Assembly: GCA_031963045.1 (NCBI GenBank)
Contig: JASSUK010000042.1
Coordinates: 1,030-65,029, forward strand
Source of the DNA: Mycoavidus cysteinexigens
Lineage (GTDB): Bacteria; Pseudomonadota; Gammaproteobacteria; Burkholderiales; Burkholderiaceae
Length of the DNA stretch: 64,000 nucleotides
Reading direction: 5' to 3'
Shown piece by piece: positions 18,565 through 27,775 of the stretch. The notes under the pieces are model-generated. The model made no database searches, was not told the origin of the DNA, and saw nothing but the letters and a program-made list of their open reading frames with translations. The position numbers and the translations under genes are program-made. Numbering within the stretch: position 1 is the first letter of the stretch; every line of letters starts with the position of its first letter.

Positions 18565-20376
18565 TCATAGGTTAGAACTCTGATGGTCGAGACGCTCAAG
18601 TAGCCAACTTGTAACATTTATTCGATGAATTAAAGACAGCTTTTCACTTTTACTCAGTAAAATCCTTAATACAGAAAGAGATACCTGTTGGCTATGACTA
18701 CCATCTAAATATGGTGAAATTAATTCAATAATCAAGTCTCGTTCTCTTTGCCTTGGCAGTCCATCTAAATTGTTGACAATGCTACTTATCACGCCATCTT
18801 TATTAGATACACCGGGTAAATTCTTCTTAATAATATTGATTAATTGATATCTTTTGTCGTTAGAAAATAACAACCAGTTCTTGGTTATGCCCATTAAGAG
18901 AGGAGCGATTGCTCCTCTAGGTAGTTTTTTTATGTACTTTTCTATTAAATCAATAATTTTAAATTGAGAATTTCTAAAAATAGCGTCTTCACGAATATCA
19001 CCATAAATTTTCACTTGATCCAGTTTGCAGACAGATTCTATTAATTCCATGAAGTTATTTAAATTTGATCTGAATGTATATTCTGGAATTGCTTCAATAT
19101 AATCATATAAATAATCGAGAAATTCTATATCTTGCCTAAGAGGAATGCATTCCAATTCAAGTTTCAAGAAATCTAATATAACCTTTATAGGTAAATCAGG
19201 GTAATCCTCTAAAATTAATTTTTTTTCCGAAATGGATAAATGATTTATCACTTTATCAAGCGAATCATAAATTTCGCTATGCGGGTATAGCTTTAATTTT
19301 TCAAAGAAAATGGACTTCAGCACCTTAGGCATTCCTCCAAAACCATACGCAGCGAGTCTTTCTAATATTAATTTTGCTGGTGCTTTGGGTAGGGTTGGAA
19401 GGTATTCGATTAACGCTCCATAGACCAAATGGTTCAAACAAATCTTTTTAGTATTTTTGGGGGTGCTTAGTGCTAGCGTCAGATTTCTTAATATTGAACC
19501 TAATCTTTCTTTAGGCTCTTCTGCCAATCTTCTTAGGTCTCGACCGACTCTTTCAACAGACGTTTGGTGCTCACGTCTTAGCGCTGGTTCTTGTGGGTCT
19601 TTTAGAAAAAAGGCTTTTGCCGATAAAAATTCTGCCTCTGATTTAGATTGTTCTTTTAAACCTATTTTTGCAGAAATCGAAATCCGTCTAAACCATTTCT
19701 CTAGCAGCTCTTTTTGTATTTGTTTGGCGCCATTTAGGGTTGGGCTAGAGTTTGGCGTATAAGCATCCGACTCTAAAAATTGTTTAAACCCCGTCAACGC
19801 TTCGCCATACTCTCCTGGGGTTCGTAAAAATTCAGCGACTTGCTGATATCGGTGCGTAAATTTTTCGGCGTTCTGTGTATTAAATTGAGTAGGTTGTTGC
19901 AGCATAAGTGCGCGCAACTCAGACGTACCATTCATAATTGTCTGATAGCGTGCCTGTCTTTCTCTTTCAAGTTTAGTTATGTCTCTTTCGCATGCTTGTC
20001 GAGATTGCTTAACGAACGCTATCTCTTGCTCGCTTAGCTGCTGCTTTTCTTGAGTTTCGAGATTTCTTAGCTGATTATCAAGCTCCTGTTTACTTTCTCT
20101 GAATAGCTTTGAACTCTGTGCTAAAAAATACATATGAGCTAGAGAATCAAATGCTTCTCCACTTTTTAATGTCGGTATAGCCCATGCCAGCAAGTAAGCA
20201 ATTTTTGCCTTTTTATCGGTTATGTGCGATTCAATTTTTTCTCGAAGTTCAGCGATATAAATAGGATTTCGCCTGGGGGATGTATTTAATGAGTTTATAG
20301 GATAAGGTGATGATGGGTCGGCTTGTATCGCTGGGATATGGGAATGAAACGATGGAGCATGTGAGACTGGTAGCAT
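18565..20376 (-). CDS. hypothetical protein (603 aa), helical/coiled-coil; effector candidate
   Basis: Long ORF with an S/P-rich N-terminus (MLPVSHAPSFHSHIPAIQADPSSPYP). No recognised catalytic motif. Confidence 0.7.
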   Translation of the reverse strand: MLPVSHAPSFHSHIPAIQADPSSPYPINSLNTSPRRNPIYIAELREKIESHITDKKAKIAYLLAWAIPTLKSGEAFDSLAHMYFLAQSSKLFRESKQELDNQLRNLETQEKQQLSEQEIAFVKQSRQACERDITKLERERQARYQTIMNGTSELRALMLQQPTQFNTQNAEKFTHRYQQVAEFLRTPGEYGEALTGFKQFLESDAYTPNSSPTLNGAKQIQKELLEKWFRRISISAKIGLKEQSKSEAEFLSAKAFFLKDPQEPALRREHQTSVERVGRDLRRLAEEPKERLGSILRNLTLALSTPKNTKKICLNHLVYGALIEYLPTLPKAPAKLILERLAAYGFGGMPKVLKSIFFEKLKLYPHSEIYDSLDKVINHLSISEKKLILEDYPDLPIKVILDFLKLELECIPLRQDIEFLDYLYDYIEAIPEYTFRSNLNNFMELIESVCKLDQVKIYGDIREDAIFRNSQFKIIDLIEKYIKKLPRGAIAPLLMGITKNWLLFSNDKRYQLINIIKKNLPGVSNKDGVISSIVNNLDGLPRQRERDLIIELISPYLDGSHSQQVSLSVLRILLSKSEKLSLIHRINVTSWLLERLDHQSSNL

Positions 20377-20544
20377 TTTGGATCTCCCTAAGATCTTCTG
20401 CCGTTGCCTATGAGGATTTTATAACGATTGTAGGAGGCCAGTATGCTTTTGGTTTTTACGCCTTTATATTATGTTTGCCTATACTTACGATACCCCATTA
20501 AGGGAGGAATGTTTAAACCAGCATGTATCTAAAATGTACGGTAG

Positions 20545-20688
20545 GCGCAATCCCTCATTGAGGCATGGAGGATGGATTACAACCAAGAACGTCCTCATAG
20601 TGCACTGCAGTATTTGACCTCGCTTGAATTTCGAGCAAAATATCAATCACCATCTGCCTTGAATACTAAGTTATCTATGGCTGCCTAA
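20545..20688 (+). pseudogene. IS3-family transposase (OrfB) C-terminal remnant
   Basis: The translation AQSLIEAWRMDYNQERPHSALQYLTSLEFRAKYQ carries the conserved W..YN..RPHS.L.Y.T..EF tail of IS3 integrase-core transposases. Nothing upstream remains. Confidence 0.7.
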
Positions 20689-20711
20689 ATGGGGGAAGGT
20701 CATACTGCTTG

Positions 20712-20789
20712 GAGATTATTTATATCAAGTTTGCCGGTGCGCACGCTGAATACGACAAAATCAATGCTGAAACGGTAGAGTTGGAGTAA
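20712..20789 (+). pseudogene. HigB-like toxin C-terminal remnant
   Basis: EIIYIKFAGAHAEYDKINAETVELE* matches the conserved (V)xIRF(I/V)GTHxEYDKIDAxT tail of HigB-family toxins. It is cut off next to the IS3 remnant. Confidence 0.5.
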
Positions 20790-22400
20790 TTAACATGGAT
20801 AGTAGGCATACAAGCATTTGTAACTTTGTTAGGTTTTGGCGACGCTAGCAGTTTTATCTTGCGCAGGCATTAGCCAATGGATCTGAGGCTCAAACGCGTA
20901 ACTTGGCAGTGTGATCTTGCGTCCTCTACCGGACGCTACCGCTTGCCAGTTAATTGTGGCCCCATGTTCATATAGCTTCGCCAGAGCCTTTTTTGTATAT
21001 ATACCTGCAAAGCGCCTTCTAGTACTACTTCGCAATGGCGGCTATCTGTTTTTGCAATTTTTCTAAGCATGTCTAGTGCTTTTGAATGTGCTGAAAAATT
21101 GGATGTACTATCAGGGTTAGGCATGAAAATCTCCCTTATAAAGAATGGAATCATTCGGTGCAGCTAAAACGATTCGTTCAATAATAAGATAATATTTCCG
21201 ATGCTATGACTGTGAAAATGGGTATGGAAGCCATTTGAGCATCATTCAATTATGGTAGTCAAGAAGAAAAAGGGAAGTTTGGCACGTGGGTCAGATTCAT
21301 CCATCATTCTCTGCAGGCCACCTGGTGTCGGAATCACTTTATTCGCACGAAACCGTATTCCGTGCATATTCGCAAAGGCAGTCGGGTTGCACGCTATCCT
21401 GAGAGCGCTTTTGCTAAGGCTAACGAATGGGAAAAAATTCTGATTAAGCTGGTTGAGGATCGATATGCATTGTTGCGACAGCGTTCAGCTGTATTGAGCC
21501 GATTGCGTGCTGTGCTCACGGAGTATGAACGTTTATTGGCAAGGGGCTTTGTCAGGTGCTCTGAAGATAGGTAGATAAAAATACAGCAGGTTTTTAGCGT
21601 ATACATTCGCTTCTTAAAAAAACCAACCCGAATTCTACAGCTTATAAATTGACAGCTCCCTCTTAAGGCGCAACAAGCGCGTTGTGTACGCTTTGCTCAA
21701 TTTATGCCTTCCTATGCCTTCCTACTATTTTTAATGCACGCGCCGCTGTGTTTTCCCCTTCCTGAAAAACTATAGGTATCACCCGATTCCTGCCACCCCT
21801 TCTTATATCTAGTATTCGCATGAACCCCATTTCCTGTCTCGCGCTTCACCTCGGATTAAGTGTAATAGGATGTGCGCTGGTCGTTCATGAGCGTGGCTGT
21901 TTTGCCTGACATAAGAAGTTGGCCTGGCACATTTCTCATTGTTTGCTTGAGACTGCGGATGATTAAAAAATAAAACGAATGAGGACAACCCTGCTGTCAC
22001 GTGTCACGGCAAAGATAGTGGAGTCTTGGCAACCTAAAGCAAGCGCGTTAGACCGTGCAAAAACGCGTCTGGAACAAGCAAAAGAGCAGAAAGAAGAAGG
22101 GAAGAAACGACGACGCATTGGGGAGCCTGATTTCAAGCTAAAGCTGCTCTCAAAACGCATCTTAAAGGTGGCGTGCAAATAGTCGAAACAAGACGTCTAC
22201 TGGCAGAACTCCAGCAGATGCGTGCGAAGATTTTGCCATTAACCCAAGATTTTACGTTCGACGAAGGACGTCAAAGCTATCTCAAAGCGCAAACCTATTC
22301 TCCTGACACGGCACAACAAGCAGAAATCCAAGCCCTTCTTGACGATTTACCTCGCGCTCCTCTATCAATCACTATAAATAGAGCATCTACGCTACCGCCT

Positions 22401-22451
22401 TCTGCTGTACCTGCTGTACCTGCTGTGCCTGCTGTGCCTGCTGTGCCTGTG
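22401..22451 (+). repeat. 9-bp tandem repeat (CCTGCTGTR, about 5.5 units) encoding (PAV)n
   Basis: Read directly: tctgctgta cctgctgta cctgctgtg cctgctgtg cctgctgtg cctgtg. Confidence 0.85.
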
Positions 22452-22771
22452 TTGACAACAGGTTTGCCTACCTCCTTTTTATGCCATCCTCGTTGCTTTC
22501 GCCGGTCTTTCGCCGGTGACGCAGGATTATCAGCTCGTGGGGTCTGATGAGATTAAAAATGCGCGACATCTTGCGTGGTGTTTACAACAAACGCATTACG
22601 ATACCGCGCAATACAAACAGCTATCCGCACTCGCGCGTGAGGTCATAGAACGCTTTGGTTAGCGCGCCGGCAAAGATTTAGTCTGTCTGCAAGAAGCGGC
22701 AGAATTAGCGGTAGTCCCTTCTTTATCCAGGATGCCATTGTTAGGCGTAGGCCCCCGAGCAGGAGAAAAAA

Positions 22772-25700
22772 TTGAATTCATTGGGTATCTTCAGCGCCGG
22801 AGGGCGTCCGCTATTGCCAGTCACATTTCCACAGCGCCAGCCGCAAGCGGGGAATCAAGAAAAAGCCCAAAAATCGTACGGAGATGGGGTAGAGAAGGCT
22901 AAAACTGAACATGAAAAAAATCCTGGTGATCCGCAAGCAAAACAAAACTTAGATGCGATACGTAACAAATACTTCCCTTTTTTTAGTGGGCTTCAAGAGC
23001 CTGGTGCAGCGTTTAACCAGGAAAAAAGCAAGCAGGTGGATTATCTGTTTAAAAAGGCACTATCGACGCTAAGATCCTTAGCGGTACCGAATAAACCCAG
23101 CCTTTTTCTGGTGTATGCCCACGACAATCCCGCTCACGCCGAAAAGGCCGAGGCCAATATTTCTAGTTATTTAATCAATGAGTTATCTCAAATCCGAGCC
23201 AACCTGTATTCGGATCAAACGCCGATGGGGAAACCGTATTTGAGCTCCCCGGAAGATTTAAAAAAGGACGGTAAGTTAGAAGATATCTTAACCAGTCAGC
23301 TTTGTTTATTGCCCGATCAGTTGCGAGACGATGTAAAACCGGTCGATAAGGTCGTGGTGTGTTGTTCTGAGTTATTAGGAAGGTACTTGAGATGGCCGCA
23401 CTATGAAAAGTTTTACCAACAAATTCAAGAAGCCTATTTCAAAGATCGAGAAGCCTATCGCAAAAATGACGCACACGCCGGCACTTCGGCAATACGTCAA
23501 GTGGTCAGACAATTCTCCCAAGAAGAAGCCTATAAGGCGGATTTTCATCATGTATTGACGGAAATGGCTTTTTTGCAAATCCGGGCCGAGCACTCGGAAG
23601 CGCAGCACGGCATTATCCCGATTTCGTTAACCATAAATAGCTATCAACAATGCCTGGCGCATTTTATTCCAGCGACCACGGTGCGCATGGAGGATATTCT
23701 CCGATTTGAGGTGCAAGCCAAATCGGGAATAGAGGTATATCCGAATCAAAGTCGGCACTTGCTGCTGTTTAAGCTGATCGAGCGGCTGTTAGTGGGCAGC
23801 AATGAGGCCCAAACGTTTCTTGGCAAGTTTTGGCATGGGTATAACGATTGCATTAAATCTTCAGCGCTTGGCACACTTGAGTTTGCCAATTTATTAGATG
23901 GCATTTTTGCTGACATAGACAGAGAGCTGCGCAACCAGCTTGTTCTTAATGTACAGGAACAACAGCGTAAAGAACTGGAATCGAAGAAAGAGCCGCTTGC
24001 GATCTTAGGCGAAAACATCAAAAAAGAATATTTCACGACGTGGCGAAACCTGGTGGAAATTCAAGATGGCCTGGCGATGTATGTTGCACTGGAATGCAGC
24101 TTCATTACCAATACAAAAGAGCGCTTTAGTTTAGAAGAGAAGGTGAAAGAGTTTCTTGTTTCAGGAGAAAAAAAAGTACTGCTTTTATTGGGCGAAGCCG
24201 GTTCTGGAAAATCAACATTTAACCGGTATTTGGCGCGTAGTCTATGGGAAACGTATGACAAGGAAACCAATAAATCTAGCCAAACTCCTATTCCTTTATT
24301 TATTCCGCTATCGAGCTTGAAAGAGCCTAATGATAATCTTATTGCCGAATATCTTATAAAAATGGGGCTTAAAAAAAGCCAGATTGCTGATTTAAAAGAA
24401 AATTATCGCTTTATTTTTATTTTGGATGGGTATGATGAAATCAAAGATCGAACCCGCCTATTCTACATCGAAAATAAACTGGATCAATGGAAAGCCAAAG
24501 TCATCATTACCAGTCGGCCAGAATATTTTGGCAATGGATATGAGTGCCAGTTCCATCCAAAAGGCCAGGCATATTTACTCCAGGCATATCGACTCTCTCC
24601 ATTTTCTGATTTGACGATTGAGGAGTATGTAAACAAATACAAAAACGCGTACCCAGAATTAGAGAAAAATATCGTAGAGCATGGAGAGATTCTGAAGCAA
24701 CCCGAAGTTAAAGAGTTGGTACGCAATCCATTTTTGCTTAAGATGGCCTTGAGTGAATTGCCTGCTTTGAGCCAGAAATACAAGAATAGCGGACAGCGTA
24801 TTACCCGAATTGCGTTATATGATCAATTTGTAGAGAGCTGGTTTAAGCGTTCCCAGGATCGATTGAGAGATATTCGCTTAACTCACGCAGAGCAGAAGGC
24901 ATTTGATTTTTTAAACAAAGCCTTTATTAGGCATGGAACAAAATTCAGCAAAGATTTAGCGATAGCGATGTATCAAGCTGGATTGGTGAGTGTGGCGTAT
25001 TCTGAGCAACTCTCCTATGATCAGTCTGATGCTGTAGAGAAAGATTGGCGAGATAAATTTTTAAGTGATCGTAATGAACAAGTTAAGTTATTGCGCTTTA
25101 ATGCTCCGCTGATATGCCAAGATGACCGATATCAGTTTATTCATAAATCGATTCAGGATTATTTAGTTGCGCGAGCCATGTGGGAAGAGCTGGAAAACGC
25201 AAGCGAACGCGATGCCTCCAGTGGTGCTGAGCCGCTGAACGAGATAAAAAATGTGCGCCTGATATGGGAGGCATTGGACCCTGCCATTCAAGTCGATACC
25301 ACCGCATTATTGAACCGATTCAATTTAGTGGAGGAGCTAGCCGTCCAGAGTTTTTTAGTCGAGCGAGTCCAGCAGAACCGAGCGTTGGTGAAGCTCCTGT
25401 TGACGTGGATCAAAGCCTCAACGAGCCAAGATACTGTGAGTACAGCCGCGGCGAATGCGATCACGATCTTGGTTAGAGCAGGAGTGCAGTTTAATGGAAT
25501 GGATTTACAAGGAATTCAGATTCTGGGTGCAGATCTGAGCTATGGCGTATTTGACTCTGTACAGTTGCAAGGTGCAGATCTCAGCAAGACGAACTTAACT
25601 GGCATATGGTTGCGCAACGCAGGTTTAACGGGGGCGTGCATGGAGGGCGTGCAGTTTGGGGAATTACCGAGCTTGCAGTTGGAAGAATCTGTGGATGCTT

Positions 25701-27775
25701 GCTGCTATTCGCCCGATGGGCGCTACTTAGTGGCTGCATTAGGAGCAGGCCTCTGGTCTGGACCAGGGAGGATTGCGCTGTATGAGGTCGAGACGTTAGC
25801 GCATGTGCATACGTTCGAAGGGCATACCAGCCTGGTGACAAGTGTCGCTTTCTCACCCGATGGCCAAACGCTGGCCTCGGGCAGTGATGACAAAATGGTG
25901 CGGTTGTGGTCGGTCGCCGAGAAAAAGCCGTTGCACACGTTCGAAGGGCATATCAACAAGGTGACAAGTGTCGCGTTCTCGCCCGATGGCCAAATGCTGG
26001 CTTCCTGCAGTGGGTACGACCCAGTGCAGCTGTGGTTGCCGTGGCACATGTTCGGCGAGCATAGCCAAACGCTGGCTTCGGGCAGTGGAGATAATACGGT
26101 GCGGCTGTGGTCGGTCGTTGAGAAAAAGCCGTTGCACACGTTCGAAGGATATAGCAGTTATGTGACAAGCGTCGCGTTCTCACCTGATGGCCAAACGCTG
26201 GCCTTGGGCAGTGGAGATAATACGGTGCGGCTGTGGTCGGTCGCTGAGAAAAAGCTGTTGCACACGTTCGAAGGACATAGCGGTTACGTGACCAGCGTCG
26301 CGTTCTCGCCCGATGGCCAAACGCTGGCATCGGGCAGTGATGACGATACGGTGCGGCTGTGGTCGGTCGCCGAGAAAGAGCCGTTGCACACGTTCAAAGG
26401 GCATACTAGCGGGGTGAAAAGCGTCGCGTTCTCGCCCGATGGCCAAACGCTAGCCTCGGGCAGTGTGGACGATACGGTGCGGCTGTGGTCAGTCGCTGAG
26501 AAAAAGCCGTTGCACATGTTCGAAGGGCATATCAGCCTGGTGACAAGCGTCGCGTTCTCAAGCAATGGCCAAACATTAGCCTCCGGCAGTATAGACGGGA
26601 CGGTGCGGCTGTGGTCGGTCGCCGAGAAAAAGCCGTTGCACACGTTTGAAGAGCATACCGACTATGCGACCAGCGTCGCGTTCTCGCCCGATGGCCAAAT
26701 GCTGGCATCGGGCAGTCGTGACAAGACGATGCGGCTGTGGTCGGTCGCCGAGAAAAAGCTGTGGCACACGTTCGAAGGACATATAGGTTATGTGACCAGC
26801 GTCGCGTTCTCAAGCAATGGCCAAACACTGGCCTCCGGCAGTATAGACAATACGATGCGGCTGTGGTCGGTCGCTGAGAAAAAGTCGTTGCACACGTTCA
26901 AACATACCCACCGGGTGACCAGCGTCGCGTTCTCGCCCGATGGCCAAATGCTGGCATCGGGCAGCGGGGACAATACGATGCGGCTGTGGTCGGTCGCCGA
27001 GAAAAAGCTGTGGCACACGTTCGAAGGACATAGCAGTTATGTGGCAAGCGTCGTGTTCTCGCCCGATGGCCAAACGCTGGCCTCGGGCAGCTATGACAAT
27101 ACGGTGCGGCTGTGGTCGGTCGCTGAGAAAAAGCCGTTGCACACGTTCAAAGAACATACCCACTATGCGACCAGCGTCGCGTTCTCAAGCGATGGCAAAA
27201 CACTGGCCTCGGGCAGTAGGGACAAGACGGTGCGGCTGTGGTCAATAGCCGAGAAAAAACCGCTGCACACGCTCAAAGGACATACCTACGAGGCGACCAG
27301 CGTCGCGTTCTCGCCCGATGACCAGACGCTGGCCTCGGGGAGTGGGGACCATACGGTGCGGCTGTGGTCGACGACTTCAGGACAATGTTTAACCGTGATT
27401 CAAGGTTTTAATGGGGCCGTCAACTCTGTTGCTTGGTACGAGAGCGCTGAAGGAGTCTGGCTGGCAACGGGAAGTAGTGACAAAGCGATACGCCTTTGGA
27501 AAGTGCATCGGGATGGTGAGATGTGCCGCGTGACATTACACTGGGCCTCAGCACAAACAACATTAACGACACCAGGGATGTCCATTCAAGATGTGATCGG
27601 ACTCAGCGCGAAGAATATCGAACTACTCAAACAACGCGGTGCAAAGGGAGAGCCACACTATACTGAGGAGCAAGAAGCGCGGCCATTGCTAACAGAAAGA
27701 GCAGAAGCACCAGCATTCACGCTACCTGCCCAAGCTGGTAACCGCTATGGATCGACTTATCTCAATTTCGCTTGA
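22772..27775 (+). CDS. NLR-like STAND NTPase, paralog 2: SEFIR/TIR-like N-terminal domain, NACHT, pentapeptide repeats, about 14 WD40 blades
   Basis: 1667-aa ORF. TTG start with SD AGGAGA (22761-22766) 5 nt upstream. SLFLVYAHDN...KVVVCCSELL is SEFIR/TIR-like. Walker A LLLLGEAGSGKST and Walker B FIFILDGYDEI. Pentapeptide tract GADLSYGVFDSVQLQGADLSKTNLTGIWLRNAGLTGACMEGVQF. 42-aa WD40 units (GH..VTSVAFSPDGQTLASGS.D.TVRLWS). Confidence 0.9.
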   Translation: MNSLGIFSAGGRPLLPVTFPQRQPQAGNQEKAQKSYGDGVEKAKTEHEKNPGDPQAKQNLDAIRNKYFPFFSGLQEPGAAFNQEKSKQVDYLFKKALSTLRSLAVPNKPSLFLVYAHDNPAHAEKAEANISSYLINELSQIRANLYSDQTPMGKPYLSSPEDLKKDGKLEDILTSQLCLLPDQLRDDVKPVDKVVVCCSELLGRYLRWPHYEKFYQQIQEAYFKDREAYRKNDAHAGTSAIRQVVRQFSQEEAYKADFHHVLTEMAFLQIRAEHSEAQHGIIPISLTINSYQQCLAHFIPATTVRMEDILRFEVQAKSGIEVYPNQSRHLLLFKLIERLLVGSNEAQTFLGKFWHGYNDCIKSSALGTLEFANLLDGIFADIDRELRNQLVLNVQEQQRKELESKKEPLAILGENIKKEYFTTWRNLVEIQDGLAMYVALECSFITNTKERFSLEEKVKEFLVSGEKKVLLLLGEAGSGKSTFNRYLARSLWETYDKETNKSSQTPIPLFIPLSSLKEPNDNLIAEYLIKMGLKKSQIADLKENYRFIFILDGYDEIKDRTRLFYIENKLDQWKAKVIITSRPEYFGNGYECQFHPKGQAYLLQAYRLSPFSDLTIEEYVNKYKNAYPELEKNIVEHGEILKQPEVKELVRNPFLLKMALSELPALSQKYKNSGQRITRIALYDQFVESWFKRSQDRLRDIRLTHAEQKAFDFLNKAFIRHGTKFSKDLAIAMYQAGLVSVAYSEQLSYDQSDAVEKDWRDKFLSDRNEQVKLLRFNAPLICQDDRYQFIHKSIQDYLVARAMWEELENASERDASSGAEPLNEIKNVRLIWEALDPAIQVDTTALLNRFNLVEELAVQSFLVERVQQNRALVKLLLTWIKASTSQDTVSTAAANAITILVRAGVQFNGMDLQGIQILGADLSYGVFDSVQLQGADLSKTNLTGIWLRNAGLTGACMEGVQFGELPSLQLEESVDACCYSPDGRYLVAALGAGLWSGPGRIALYEVETLAHVHTFEGHTSLVTSVAFSPDGQTLASGSDDKMVRLWSVAEKKPLHTFEGHINKVTSVAFSPDGQMLASCSGYDPVQLWLPWHMFGEHSQTLASGSGDNTVRLWSVVEKKPLHTFEGYSSYVTSVAFSPDGQTLALGSGDNTVRLWSVAEKKLLHTFEGHSGYVTSVAFSPDGQTLASGSDDDTVRLWSVAEKEPLHTFKGHTSGVKSVAFSPDGQTLASGSVDDTVRLWSVAEKKPLHMFEGHISLVTSVAFSSNGQTLASGSIDGTVRLWSVAEKKPLHTFEEHTDYATSVAFSPDGQMLASGSRDKTMRLWSVAEKKLWHTFEGHIGYVTSVAFSSNGQTLASGSIDNTMRLWSVAEKKSLHTFKHTHRVTSVAFSPDGQMLASGSGDNTMRLWSVAEKKLWHTFEGHSSYVASVVFSPDGQTLASGSYDNTVRLWSVAEKKPLHTFKEHTHYATSVAFSSDGKTLASGSRDKTVRLWSIAEKKPLHTLKGHTYEATSVAFSPDDQTLASGSGDHTVRLWSTTSGQCLTVIQGFNGAVNSVAWYESAEGVWLATGSSDKAIRLWKVHRDGEMCRVTLHWASAQTTLTTPGMSIQDVIGLSAKNIELLKQRGAKGEPHYTEEQEARPLLTERAEAPAFTLPAQAGNRYGSTYLNFA
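25800..27370 (+). repeat. array of about 12 near-identical 126-bp (42-codon) tandem repeats encoding WD40 blades
   Basis: GTGCGGCTGTGGTCGGTCGCCGAGAAAAAGCCGTTGCACACGTTCGAAGG recurs every 126 nt (26099, 26225, 26351, 26477, 26603 and onward). One unit is 123 nt and one is collapsed. Confidence 0.9.

Noticed and set aside
20829-21154. PKS-like motif: LAKLYEHGATINWQAV...ITLPSYAFEPQIHW resembles the post-AT-linker LPTYPFQRxRYW of type I PKSs
   Set aside because: Only about 40 aa of loose similarity. The segment has its own RBS-like GGGAG and ATG, plus a T6-associated frameshift. That is too little to call a PKS remnant without a search.
21252-22182. Degenerate P-loop-like peptide (IILCRPPGVGITLFA) and basic K/E-rich ORFs
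   Set aside because: The Walker lysine is missing, the ORFs are short and overlap in different frames. This is probably pseudogene debris.
25581-27248. About a dozen antisense or off-frame ORFs, and the idea that the regular 126-bp repeats might be a CRISPR-like array
   Set aside because: The units abut without unique spacers, keep one long sense frame and encode canonical WD40 blades. The other ORFs are by-products of repeat periodicity.
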